64,000 nucleotides of DNA. Origin: a bacterium. Its GTDB lineage: Bacteria; Patescibacteriota; UBA1384; CAILIB01. The notes beneath the pieces were generated by a model. That model did no database searches, had not been told where the DNA came from, and saw only the letters and a list, made by a program, of their open reading frames with translations. Position numbers and translations under genes: made by a program. This document shows, one piece after another, positions 17,313 through 26,462 of the stretch. The first letter of the stretch is position 1. Every line of letters begins with the position of its first letter. The stretch spans positions 258,039 to 322,038 of the forward strand of contig JBAXRQ010000001.1 in NCBI GenBank assembly GCA_037131105.1. The letters are read 5' to 3'.

Positions 17313-18833
17313 ATGGGTTTCCTGATTGAGGGTATTGTGGCGGCTGTCGCCGGTCTTGCCGTTGGCGGCGGGGCGGTATTTGCCGTGCTGAAGAAGAATC
17401 AAAAAGGTGGGAACAAAAAGGCTGAGGCGGCTATCCGCGAGGCTGAGAAGAAGGCCGAGCAGATGGTAAAGGAGGCTGCAGCTGAGGCTGAGAAGCGCCG
17501 CACCTCCCTGCTTAAGGAGTCCGAGGAGCGCCAGGTATTTCTGCGTGACCTGGAGAAGTCCTTGCAGCAGCGTGAATCTAACTTGGACAAGCGCCTGCAG
17601 GAGATAGAGAAGTCCCGCTTGGAGTGGGAGAAGAAGAATGACGAAGTGGTGAAGATAAAGGAGGCTGTGCGTGAGATCCGCGACAAGCAGGAGGCTTCCC
17701 TGGAGCGTATCGCCCACATGAAAAAGGAAGACGCCAAGGCGGTTCTGCTGAGTGTAGTGGAGAAGGCACAGAAGGATGAGATCCTGCGCAAGATGAAGAC
17801 TCTCGACGATGAGACCGAGTCCGAGATCGAGGCCGAGGCCCGCAAGAAGATTGCTACCGTACTGGCTCGTATCGCCTCCGAGGTTACGGCTGAGAATACC
17901 ATCTTCGCCGTTACCATTCCTTCTGAGGAAATGAAGGGTAGGCTTATCGGTAAGGAAGGCCGCAACATCCAGGCCTTCGAAAAGGCCACCGGTGTGGACC
18001 TGCTTATTGACGACAGTCCAGACACTGTTCTAGTAGCCTCATTCGACCCTATGCGTCGTGAGATCGGCCGTATGGCTCTGGAGCAGCTCATTAAGGACGG
18101 ACGCATCCATCCGGCCCGCATCGAAGAGGTGGTGGTGAAAGCCACTGAGGACGTCAATGTCGCCGTCCGTAAGGCTGGTGAGGCTGCCGTACTAGATGCT
18201 AAAGTTTCCGGCCTGCCCAAGGAGATCATTCGTATTCTTGGACAGCTGAAGTACCGTACTTCCTATGGACAGAACCAGCTGGCCCACGCCATCGAGGTGT
18301 CCAAGCTTTCAGGTGTGTTGGCTGAGGAGCTTGGCGCCGATGCCGCCCTCTGCCGCAAGGCCGGTCTGCTGCATGACTTGGGTAAAGCCCTGGACCACGA
18401 CATCAAGGCTCCCCACCACCACATCTCAGCTGACATCGCCAGGAAGTACAATCTGGGTGAGGACGTGGCCCACGCCATCATCGCCCACCACGACGACGTC
18501 ATGCCTACTACTACTGAGGCTTGGATCGTCAAGTCGGCCGACGCCATCTCAGGCGCCCGCCCGGGTGCCCGCCGCGGATCGTACGAGGAATATGTGGAGC
18601 GCCTGCGTGAGCTTGAGAATGTCGCCAACGGATTCCCTGGGGTTGAGAAATCCTTCGCCATCCAGGCCGGCCGCGAGGTGCGTGTCTTCGTCCGTCCCGC
18701 CGATGTGGACGACCTGGCCGCCGCTAAGCTTGCCAAGGGCATAGCCGCCAAGATCGAGGACGAGCTGGCCTATCCGGGCCAGGTAAAGGTCAACGTCATT
18801 AGGGAGACTCGTTCAATAGCGTACGCCAGCTAA
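17313..18833 (+). CDS. rny: ribonuclease Y
   Basis: N-terminal TM, coiled coil, KH domain and HD domain (HDLGKA...HHD). Confidence 0.9.
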   Translation: MGFLIEGIVAAVAGLAVGGGAVFAVLKKNQKGGNKKAEAAIREAEKKAEQMVKEAAAEAEKRRTSLLKESEERQVFLRDLEKSLQQRESNLDKRLQEIEKSRLEWEKKNDEVVKIKEAVREIRDKQEASLERIAHMKKEDAKAVLLSVVEKAQKDEILRKMKTLDDETESEIEAEARKKIATVLARIASEVTAENTIFAVTIPSEEMKGRLIGKEGRNIQAFEKATGVDLLIDDSPDTVLVASFDPMRREIGRMALEQLIKDGRIHPARIEEVVVKATEDVNVAVRKAGEAAVLDAKVSGLPKEIIRILGQLKYRTSYGQNQLAHAIEVSKLSGVLAEELGADAALCRKAGLLHDLGKALDHDIKAPHHHISADIARKYNLGEDVAHAIIAHHDDVMPTTTEAWIVKSADAISGARPGARRGSYEEYVERLRELENVANGFPGVEKSFAIQAGREVRVFVRPADVDDLAAAKLAKGIAAKIEDELAYPGQVKVNVIRETRSIAYAS

Positions 18834-19625
18834 ATGAATATCAACGTTCTCTATTTTGGGGATATTGTGGGAGAGTCCGGCCGCGACACTGTGGCCGAGC
18901 TGCTCCCTGGTCTCATCGAGGAATACGATCCCGACTTGATTCTGGCCAATGCCGACAACGCCACCCACGGCCGCGGCTTCTCGCTGAAACACTATGAGGA
19001 GCTCACGAAGCTCGGTATCGACGGCTTCGCTAGCGGAGACCACATTTGGCGCTACGAGGACATGGTGAGCGCTCTGGACGATCCTAGGACCATGGTGGCG
19101 CGCCCCGCCAACCATCACAAGGCGCCCGGCCGCGGCTACTTGGACTTCGTGGTGAAGGGGAAGCGGGTGCGCCTGATCCACCTAGTGGGGCAGGTGTTCA
19201 TGCCTACCCACGTTGACTCGCCGTTTCACACCTTGGACCGCATAGTCGCTCTTACCCCGACCCCCGATGTAGTTATCGTGGACTTCCATGCCGAGGCCAC
19301 CAGTGAGAAGCGGGCCCTGGCCGAGTACGCTGCAGGTAAGGCCCAGATGGTGGTCGGTACCCACACTCACGTGCCCACGGCCGATGCGCAGATATTGGCT
19401 TCCGGAACCGCCTTTATTTCCGACCTTGGAATGGTTGGTCCGCAGGATTCGAGTCTAGGAGCTGATAAAAATGAGGTGCTTAAGAATTTCTTGACAGGCC
19501 TTCCATGGCGATATAGTCTAGGGACAGGACAATGTGAGCTAGGAGCTGCTTTCTGCACGATTGACCTAAGCAAGGGGGTTGCAACTCATATCGAGCACAT
19601 TCGCCGTTTCGGCTCTGTCCAGTAA
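18834..19625 (+). CDS. ymdB: YmdB-like 2',3'-cyclic-nucleotide phosphodiesterase (metallophosphoesterase)
   Basis: N-terminal LYFGDIVG and GDH metallophosphatase motifs. Conserved position directly after rny. Confidence 0.8.
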   Translation: MNINVLYFGDIVGESGRDTVAELLPGLIEEYDPDLILANADNATHGRGFSLKHYEELTKLGIDGFASGDHIWRYEDMVSALDDPRTMVARPANHHKAPGRGYLDFVVKGKRVRLIHLVGQVFMPTHVDSPFHTLDRIVALTPTPDVVIVDFHAEATSEKRALAEYAAGKAQMVVGTHTHVPTADAQILASGTAFISDLGMVGPQDSSLGADKNEVLKNFLTGLPWRYSLGTGQCELGAAFCTIDLSKGVATHIEHIRRFGSVQ

Positions 19626-19664
19626 CTTACCCATCAGGCTCCGTTAGCAAAGGAGGAATCTACC

Positions 19665-19937
19665 ATGAATAAAGTCGAGCTCATCTCTGCGGTTGCGAGG
19701 AAGACCGGTCTTTCGAAGGCCGAGTCAGCTGCTGGTGTGAACGCCATGATCGGCCTCATCACCGGTGCGCTTAGCAAGAACGAGAAGGTTACCATCACCG
19801 GTTTTGGTGCCTTTGATGTCGGCGTTCGCCAGGCCCGCCGCGGTGTGAACCCTTATACCAAGAAGCATATTGAGATCCCTGAGCTGCGTCTGCCCCGCTT
19901 CCGCGCCGGCAAGGCATTGCGCCAATTGGTTAAGTAG
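19665..19937 (+). CDS. hup: DNA-binding protein HU
   Basis: 90 aa. MNKVELISAVA...GFGAF...RNP signature. Confidence 0.9.
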   Translation: MNKVELISAVARKTGLSKAESAAGVNAMIGLITGALSKNEKVTITGFGAFDVGVRQARRGVNPYTKKHIEIPELRLPRFRAGKALRQLVK

Positions 19938-19964
19938 AACTTCCAACCTAGTTCTGGTAGAGTA

Positions 19965-19991
19965 AAAAGCGACTACAACAGTCGCTTTTTA
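19965..19991 (+). terminator. intrinsic terminator after hup
   Basis: aaaaagcgactacaacagtcgcttttt. Confidence 0.6.
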
Positions 19992-20099
19992 CATTGCCGT
20001 TGAATGGCGGAGATGCACTCATAGTCGAGGATTCCGGACCTGCCGAGGTCTCATAGAGGGAGGACCAAGACGAGAATGTGAGTGCATCTCTGCGAATAA

Positions 20100-20174
20100 G
20101 CCCCCGTAGCTCAATGGATAGAGCAGCCGCGTCCTAAGCGATTGATACTGGTTCGATTCCGGTCGGGGGTACCA
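20100..20174 (+). tRNA. tRNA-Arg (probable anticodon CCT)
   Basis: GCCCCCG acceptor, GCTC/GAGC D-stem and TTCGATT T-loop, ending ACCA. The anticodon loop GTCCTAA gives CCT. The anticodon stem has one mismatch. Confidence 0.75.
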
Positions 20175-20200
20175 ATTTGAACAAAGATTAGGTGAAAAGC

Positions 20201-20237
20201 AAAAGGTCGACTCCCATAGTAGGAGTCGACCTTTTTG
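20201..20237. terminator. bidirectional hairpin terminator
   Basis: aaaaggtcgactcccatagtaggagtcgacctttttg. Confidence 0.5.
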
Positions 20238-20272
20238 TTCAGCTTTCGCGCACTTTCTGAGATAGATGCAGT

Positions 20273-20998
20273 CTACAGCTTGGCGAACGTCGATACGACC
20301 TCGTCGTATACAGCCTTACCAGCGGCATAGTCGGTCGTCTGGTTCCCTGCAGTGGCATGGAAGAAAAGTGACATGATGTACTTACCCGTCGCGAAGTCTG
20401 CGTTCTCGCTCTTTCCGGCCTTCTCGCTATCCTCTGAGTACCGAATGCCGTACTGGCTGGTAAGCGACGTCAAGCTCGAGCCGCTGTTTACGCTCTTCAA
20501 ATAGGCAAGCTGGGTGCTGATGTCCTTGTTGTCCTGTGCTGGAAGTATATGGAGTGCCTGGATGACATACAGCTGGCTTCCGCTTGCCGGAGTAAGATCG
20601 GCGTTGAACGAGTTTCCGCCTGTTTCGTCGGTGGTCACCGCCACCTTCCAGTCGGTCGGATACTTGAACGAGAAGCCCATCTTCGTGTTCGTATATACTT
20701 TCCAGTTTGCCGTAGGATCTGGAGTCGCGGTCGGCGTGGCAGTTGGAGTGGGCGTTGCAGTGGCGACTGCCAGCGGGGTCGCCGTAGGCAGGGCGGCCAG
20801 CTGCGACTTCAGGCTGTCGACCTGGGCCTGGAGGGTGTTCTGGGAATCGGCACTCCGCTTGTTCTGGACCGCGTAAGTGATGCCTCCGGCGAGGGCGGCG
20901 GCGATTACAGCTGCGATCACTGCGGGCATGAGGGGGCTACTCTTTCTCTCTAGTCCCATCTCCCGCTGCGACTTCTGGTCAATCTTTTGCTCTTCCAT
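20273..20998 (-). CDS. N-terminally membrane-anchored extracellular protein (paralog of 58915..59619)
   Basis: The first ~70 aa are near-identical to the second paralog (QREMGLERK...VIAAVIAA...QNKRS.DSQ.TLQAQVDSLK). TP-rich linker. Confidence 0.5.
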   Translation of the reverse strand: MEEQKIDQKSQREMGLERKSSPLMPAVIAAVIAAALAGGITYAVQNKRSADSQNTLQAQVDSLKSQLAALPTATPLAVATATPTPTATPTATPDPTANWKVYTNTKMGFSFKYPTDWKVAVTTDETGGNSFNADLTPASGSQLYVIQALHILPAQDNKDISTQLAYLKSVNSGSSLTSLTSQYGIRYSEDSEKAGKSENADFATGKYIMSLFFHATAGNQTTDYAAGKAVYDEVVSTFAKL

Positions 20999-21075
20999 GT
21001 GACGACGTTAGGTGTTATATCTCATCCTTATCCATCATACGCCTTGGGAACCACCGGGACAAATACATCCCCCTG

Positions 21076-21594
21076 TCACCTCCTGCGACTTGCCGTCAGC
21101 CTCGACTGCACGGCCCTGAACAGCTCGGGGCTGATGATCGCCTGGTGCCTGCCAGGGATCAGCCTGCCGCCGTACCGCAGTGTCCCCGTATAGAAAGGGT
21201 TGGTGAGTATGGCATGGAGGGACGACGGCGCCAGGGACTCCCCGTTACGTGACCGCAGTCCCTTTTCGCCCACGCGCCTACCGGCCTCCCGGATTGAGCG
21301 CCCGCCGGCGACCAGTCGGAACAGTTCCCGGACAAGAGCGGCGGTCGCGGGGTCAGCCTCGATGACCGCACCGGCGCGGGACCTCACGTTGCGGTAGCCG
21401 ACCGGGGCGCAGCCGGGCATCACGCCGGCCTCTGCCCTCTCCCGCATGGCGGACCTGGCCTGCTGGGTCCAGAACGGCTGGAATGGGTGGGTATGCATGC
21501 CTCCAGTATGGCGCCGCGTGCCGCGGTCTTTGAGCCGGGTTGCGCTCGTGCAAGTGGCTTCCTCACCGACGAGTATTATTCCTATGTTAGGCAT
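21076..21594 (-). pseudogene. truncated serine-recombinase fragment (recombinase domain only), GC-rich
   Basis: Recombinase-domain-like sequence (LRSRNGESLAPSSLHAILTNPFYTGTLRYGGR). No catalytic N-domain upstream. Local GC is much higher than the surroundings. Confidence 0.5.
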
Positions 21595-21685
21595 GGCTCT
21601 CGTGCCTTATTTGCTGTCCCGATCCTTGGTAGCCACCAGTTGTTCTGCTGCACCAAAGTTAGATATTCGATAAACCAGGGGTACC

Positions 21686-21721
21686 AACATAAAAGACCGT
21701 CATATGACGGTCTTTTATGTT
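21686..21721. terminator. hairpin terminator
   Basis: aacataaaagaccgtcatatgacggtcttttatgtt. Confidence 0.5.
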
Positions 21722-21768
21722 GGACTCTGGTGGAATCGAAACCGCGGTAGTTCCGCTTCGCTTCGCTA

Positions 21769-22470
21769 TTACAAGAACTTCACGCTTTCAACAAGACTAT
21801 GATAGGAATCGATGTTTTGGATCTCCCCCGGATCGGATCGGTCGATAGAATTCTCAATATACTCAATCCCGATTATGTAAAACGGCTTTCCGTCTCGGAG
21901 CGTGATGGTGGCAACCTCATAGAACCCCTCTGAATGTTCCGAAGCAGGGACTTTGAAGGCAACCTCCTGGGCTGGTAGTCCTCCTAGCATGGTTGCTCTC
22001 GGCTGGATGCCACTTGCTTTGTTTTGCTGAAGAAAATGGGTGACATAAGACGCTAGGGTGCCACTCCATGGCTTCTTCTCCGGGATAGTGCTGGCAGTCA
22101 TGCATATAGAGGCGGACGAGACGCATGGCGAACCAAAGGTGGCCGGCTCGGCGGGGTTCTCGCCGCCTTCCTCCGTAGAGATGATCCGTTTCCAATAGGG
22201 AGGAACGTTAAGGCTATACCCGAAGGTAGTACTGGTATACGCTACAGGCCTGCACCCCTCTGATTGGCAGTACGCTTTCCTTCCCGGACTCGAAGTGGGG
22301 GGTTCCTCAATGGGGGATTGCAAAGTGCCGTGGGTATGCATTGCTTGCTTCCGATAGGTGCCGTAGGCGGCGGCGCCAGCAATGGCCGCAGAGAATAGGG
22401 TGGCCAGAGCTATCAAGAGGATGAGTCCGGTTCTCGGTGAGAGGGACGGGAAACGGCTGTGTGATTTCAT
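21769..22470 (-). CDS. membrane-anchored extracellular hypothetical protein
   Basis: N-terminal TM anchor LILLIALATLFSAAIAGAAAYG. Confidence 0.45.
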   Translation of the reverse strand: MKSHSRFPSLSPRTGLILLIALATLFSAAIAGAAAYGTYRKQAMHTHGTLQSPIEEPPTSSPGRKAYCQSEGCRPVAYTSTTFGYSLNVPPYWKRIISTEEGGENPAEPATFGSPCVSSASICMTASTIPEKKPWSGTLASYVTHFLQQNKASGIQPRATMLGGLPAQEVAFKVPASEHSEGFYEVATITLRDGKPFYIIGIEYIENSIDRSDPGEIQNIDSYHSLVESVKFL

Positions 22471-22596
22471 GGTAATAGTTATGAATGAATACCTGCCTCA
22501 CTAGGTATATGCGATGGGGGGTACACCATATCGCTTCTCATGCCCCAGGACTATCTTCCTGGACATTAGTGGCCACTGTACGTAGCATGGAGCCAT

Positions 22597-23118
22597 ATGG
22601 AAGAGCATGACCTCTATAAACTGAGCTTTCCTCGCATTATCCGCTACTTCCTTTATCGGGATGTAGGCTCGGATGAGGCTGAGGACTTGGCTCAGGAGAC
22701 CTACGTCAGGTTCTTTGCCAAATATAGGTGCAATGATATGGATGAGACCGTCTGCATAAAGATTCTCTATACGATTGCCCGCAACATATATAGGGAGTGG
22801 GTGCGTGAGCGGGTGAATCGGCCCGTGTATGAGCTGCAGCAGGATTTTCCGATAACCGAACCGGTCGGCGGCGAGGATGACGTTGAGGGGTATGATGACA
22901 CCGAGGCGTTGCGTCCGCTTCTTATGGATGCCCTTGCCGGACTAAACCCTACATTGCGCCAGGTGGTTACATTGCGGCTGATTGAGGGGCTGACGCGACG
23001 CGAGACTGCGGAGAGGCTTTCGATAAAGGAAAAAGACGTGCATACCTATCAGAAGAGAGCGGTGCGCCAGCTGAGGGATAGGCTTTCAGATGTACCCCGG
23101 TCAGCATATACTTTTTAG
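22597..23118 (+). CDS. ECF-type RNA polymerase sigma factor
   Basis: Sigma-70 region 2 (EDLAQETYVRFF) and region 4 HTH (LTRRETAERLSIKEKDVHTYQKRAVRQLR). Confidence 0.75.
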   Translation: MEEHDLYKLSFPRIIRYFLYRDVGSDEAEDLAQETYVRFFAKYRCNDMDETVCIKILYTIARNIYREWVRERVNRPVYELQQDFPITEPVGGEDDVEGYDDTEALRPLLMDALAGLNPTLRQVVTLRLIEGLTRRETAERLSIKEKDVHTYQKRAVRQLRDRLSDVPRSAYTF

Positions 23119-23120
23119 AA

Positions 23121-23660
23121 ATGAAGAATACACGGAACCACATTCACTGGCTTTTACGCTCTGTTGGTAGGAAGCGCACTACCCGGGGTGAGATTTCCGA
23201 AATGCAGGACAGGGTATGGTCCGCTATTCAGGCGGCCAGGCTGGATGCGCCCGGCCGTGCCAAAGAAACAAGGGTCCTAACCAAAGTGAGCAGGTTCCCT
23301 TTTGGGGCGTTTCGAGCCGCTCTTTTCGTTTTTTCTTTCGCTCTCATAGTCTTTGGCGGCTTTGACTTTTACGGGGCCGTCCAGCGTTACGACCAAGACT
23401 CAAGAGGGGGCAGCTCTTTGGTGCAGGGATTGGGTAAGCCAGTGGTCAGCTACTCCCCTGTTGCCAATGTGTCGGATTCCCTTATTACGAGTCAAAGCCC
23501 GACACCTTCTCCCTCTTCTCAGGCAGAAACAAAAAAAACATCTGCTGACCACATACTTTCTTTTCTCGACAGCGCTGGCGGGAGGTCGCTTGTGGCTGGT
23601 CTGGCCTTGCTTATCGGTTGCGGTCTTTTCTATATGCTTATACGGTCCAGAAGGAGGTAG
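23121..23660 (+). CDS. putative anti-sigma factor (single-pass membrane protein)
   Basis: Immediately downstream of the ECF sigma factor. One TM segment and a Ser/Pro-rich ectodomain. Confidence 0.4.
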   Translation: MKNTRNHIHWLLRSVGRKRTTRGEISEMQDRVWSAIQAARLDAPGRAKETRVLTKVSRFPFGAFRAALFVFSFALIVFGGFDFYGAVQRYDQDSRGGSSLVQGLGKPVVSYSPVANVSDSLITSQSPTPSPSSQAETKKTSADHILSFLDSAGGRSLVAGLALLIGCGLFYMLIRSRRR

Positions 23661-24146
23661 GGACGTACCGTGAGGACAGAAAGGTAAAGCGAGAATTCCG
23701 GTCGCCATCCCCACTCTTGCATCATGGGTTGGCGGTGCTAAGGTAGTGGTGTGCGAGAGAATTGAGTTGAAAGGAGCTGATTGTCATGCCGAATATGGCG
23801 GGGATATTCTCCCCTCGACAGGCGGGAAGAGGCATTGGTCCTGACAGGGTTATTGGCTTGCTCCAGGCTATCCGGCCAGGAGTACCGGTAAAAGTCATGT
23901 CTGCTGACGAATGCAAAGCAGCCGCAAGCAGGATGGAACAAGCCGGTGAGCTTCAGTGGCGGGAGGACAAGGCTTCAAGCCTGGGGAGCATAGCAGTGAT
24001 CGCCGAGATGACACTCGGCTAGGCGTTTTCCGGTCAGATAATTTTCAGGCCCAGCTGGCTTCAGGAGGAAGCGGCTGGCCCCACTAAGTTTTCTGGTACT
24101 TGCCGTACTATTCCGCTAGCATAGAGACATACCCCTCACTTCTCCT

Positions 24147-24755
24147 ATGCCACAAGCGAAAAAGGGCACATTCATCGCGTTCGAAGGACTGGATGGCTCC
24201 GGCGAGTCCACCCAGGTAGCCTTGCTGGCTGAGCGACTACTCAAGGACGGCCACAAGGTATTGGTCACCAAGGAGCCCACCAACAATATTATCGGCGGCC
24301 TGATCCGTGGCGCCCTGACCCACGAGTGGAAGCCTACCAACCGGGTCATCCAGCTGCTCTACGCGGCTGACCGCGGCCACCACCTTCAGCGTGAGATTCT
24401 GCCGGCATTAGAGAAGGGCTTCGTGGTCATTACCGACAGGTACTTCTGGTCCACCATCGCCTTCGGCTCCTTGGACATGGACCCGGCCTGGCTGGAGATG
24501 CTGAACGAGGGCTACCAACTGCCTGACCTGGCCTTTTACGTGAACGTCTCGCCCAAGGCGGCCATGGGGCGCATGGAGTCCAGCCGCTTCGAGCTGGAGT
24601 TGTTTGAAAAGGAAGAGAAGCTGAGTAAGATTTCCGCTACCTACGCCAGTCTCCTGAAAAAGTATCCGGTACTGACCGATGTGAACGGGGAGAGGGACCG
24701 CGAAGTCATTCACAAGGAGATTTACGACGCCTGTAAGAACTATTTCAAAAAGTAG
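24147..24755 (+). CDS. tmk: thymidylate kinase
   Basis: P-loop FIAFEGLDGSGEST and a DR(Y/H) motif. Confidence 0.85.
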   Translation: MPQAKKGTFIAFEGLDGSGESTQVALLAERLLKDGHKVLVTKEPTNNIIGGLIRGALTHEWKPTNRVIQLLYAADRGHHLQREILPALEKGFVVITDRYFWSTIAFGSLDMDPAWLEMLNEGYQLPDLAFYVNVSPKAAMGRMESSRFELELFEKEEKLSKISATYASLLKKYPVLTDVNGERDREVIHKEIYDACKNYFKK

Positions 24756-24764
24756 AGCACAGCC

Positions 24765-26384
24765 ATGCCAGACACCGAGCTAAACCCATACCTGAACAAG
24801 GGCGCCGAGGGCGAGCTGACCATTACTGCGGAAGGCTACACTGAGCTGGACCGGGTGCTGACCGACTCTAAGGGCCAGGTCTATGCCTTTACCGAGAATG
24901 CCTCTCCGCTGCTGGTGGCAGCCGCCATGGCCCGCCTTTCCCGTCGGGCAGGGGACATGCGCCTGACCTATCTGGATGAGTTTGCCACTACCGGTACAGC
25001 CGGAGCTGAAAAGCTCATTGAACGAGTGGTGACTGGATACGGAGATGACTCGGTGCAGCAGCTGGGAGGTATTCAGTTCGTCGTCGAAGGAGCCTCAAAT
25101 TGGCTTACCAAGCAGCTGGAACGGGGACGACTGGCCGCTTACCTGGAGCAGTCCACCCGTTATATTTACTTCGACCAGAAAGACGCTGACGGCTGCTATC
25201 TGTACTACGTGCCCAAGAACCTAGACAAGGCCACTAAGACTGAGTACGAGAAGACACTGGACGCCGTATTTGAAAGCTACTCGACCATGGTGCGGGGCCT
25301 TACCGACTACGTTCGCACCCAGAATCCGGAGCCTGAGGACAAGAAGGAGAGGACTGCCTGGATGAACGCTACCCGAGCCAAGGCTTGTGACGCCGTCCGC
25401 GCCGTCCTGCCTACTTCTACTAAGTCCACCGTGGGCATATTTGGCAGCTACCAGGCGGTGGAGATGCTGGTCATGCGGCTGCTCTCAGAGCCCATGCTGG
25501 AGGCTCAGGAAGTCGGAGAGGGTATTTTGGCTGCCGCCCGTGCCGTGGCACCTACCTTCTTCCGCAGAGCTGACATTCCAGAGCGTGGTGGAGCTACTAC
25601 CGCTTTTCGGGCTACTACTCGCCAGGCTATGCGTGAGATCGCCAAGGACCTGAAGGGCGAGGTGGTCAAAGATGCTCCGCTAATCCAACTTCTCGATTAC
25701 TGGCCCAAAAAAGAGCTTGATCTACTGCCCGGTATGCTCTTCGAGTTCAGCGCCCCCTTACTTCCCGGCCAGGTGACTGAGCAGGTGAAGACCTGGAGCA
25801 AGAAGCAGCAGGAAGAGGCCTTTGCCACCTACATGGGTACCCGCCTAAACCGTCGCCACAAGCCAGGGCGAGCAGCTGAGAAGGCCCACTTTGAGTGGGT
25901 GGTCACCGGTGACTACGGTACCTTCCGCGACCTGCAGCGCCACCGCCTGATGGACGAAATGCAGTGGCAGGCCCTGACTCCCTATCTGGGCTATGAGGTG
26001 CCTGAGATTGTCACGGAGGCCGGCCTCGAGAAGCCGTTTAGGAAGTGCTTTGAACTGTCCGAGAAGCTGTATAAGCTGCTGACCGACAAGGGCTATGTCC
26101 ATGAGGCCCAGTACGCCACTCTGCTTGGCCACCGCATGTCCTACCGCTTCACCGCCAACCTGCGCGAACTGTTCCATCTCTTTGAACTGCGCACCCAGCC
26201 CGACGGCCACCCCGGCTACCGGAAGATTTGTCTGGCCATGTATGAGGAGCTGAAGAAAGCCTATCCGCTTTCGGCCAAGGCCATGCGCTTCGTTAACCAG
26301 CGTGAGGATCCTGAGCTCGTGAGAATGGCAGCCGAACTCGCCACTCAGCATAAGTTAGAGCGTCTCGAGGCCCAAGGTAAATAA
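24765..26384 (+). CDS. hypothetical 539-aa protein; possible long-form ThyX-like flavin-dependent thymidylate synthase
   Basis: Contains an RHR motif (FRDLQRHRLM) and is translationally adjacent to tmk. The match to ThyX is weak, so this is only an inference. Confidence 0.3.
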   Translation: MPDTELNPYLNKGAEGELTITAEGYTELDRVLTDSKGQVYAFTENASPLLVAAAMARLSRRAGDMRLTYLDEFATTGTAGAEKLIERVVTGYGDDSVQQLGGIQFVVEGASNWLTKQLERGRLAAYLEQSTRYIYFDQKDADGCYLYYVPKNLDKATKTEYEKTLDAVFESYSTMVRGLTDYVRTQNPEPEDKKERTAWMNATRAKACDAVRAVLPTSTKSTVGIFGSYQAVEMLVMRLLSEPMLEAQEVGEGILAAARAVAPTFFRRADIPERGGATTAFRATTRQAMREIAKDLKGEVVKDAPLIQLLDYWPKKELDLLPGMLFEFSAPLLPGQVTEQVKTWSKKQQEEAFATYMGTRLNRRHKPGRAAEKAHFEWVVTGDYGTFRDLQRHRLMDEMQWQALTPYLGYEVPEIVTEAGLEKPFRKCFELSEKLYKLLTDKGYVHEAQYATLLGHRMSYRFTANLRELFHLFELRTQPDGHPGYRKICLAMYEELKKAYPLSAKAMRFVNQREDPELVRMAAELATQHKLERLEAQGK

Positions 26385-26462
26385 CGGGAGGCCGGAACGT
26401 TTCGACGCCTCCGCAGCCGGTAACAGGAAGGAAAGGACAGTGGCGAAAGGACCGGCCTCCTG

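Noticed and set aside
17399-18229. 276-aa minus-strand ORF and several 60-160-aa ORFs (17578..17769, 18263..18751, 18265..18744) inside rny
   Set aside because: They are antisense or frame-shifted shadows of the well-supported rny gene. Their composition is Ser/Arg/Ala-rich, typical of out-of-frame GC-rich coding sequence.
21159-21553. Overlapping ORFs (21159..21371, 21200..21397, 21353..21553) in the GC-rich recombinase fragment
   Set aside because: These are alternative-frame artefacts of high-GC DNA. Only the frame with recombinase-domain similarity is retained, as a pseudogene.
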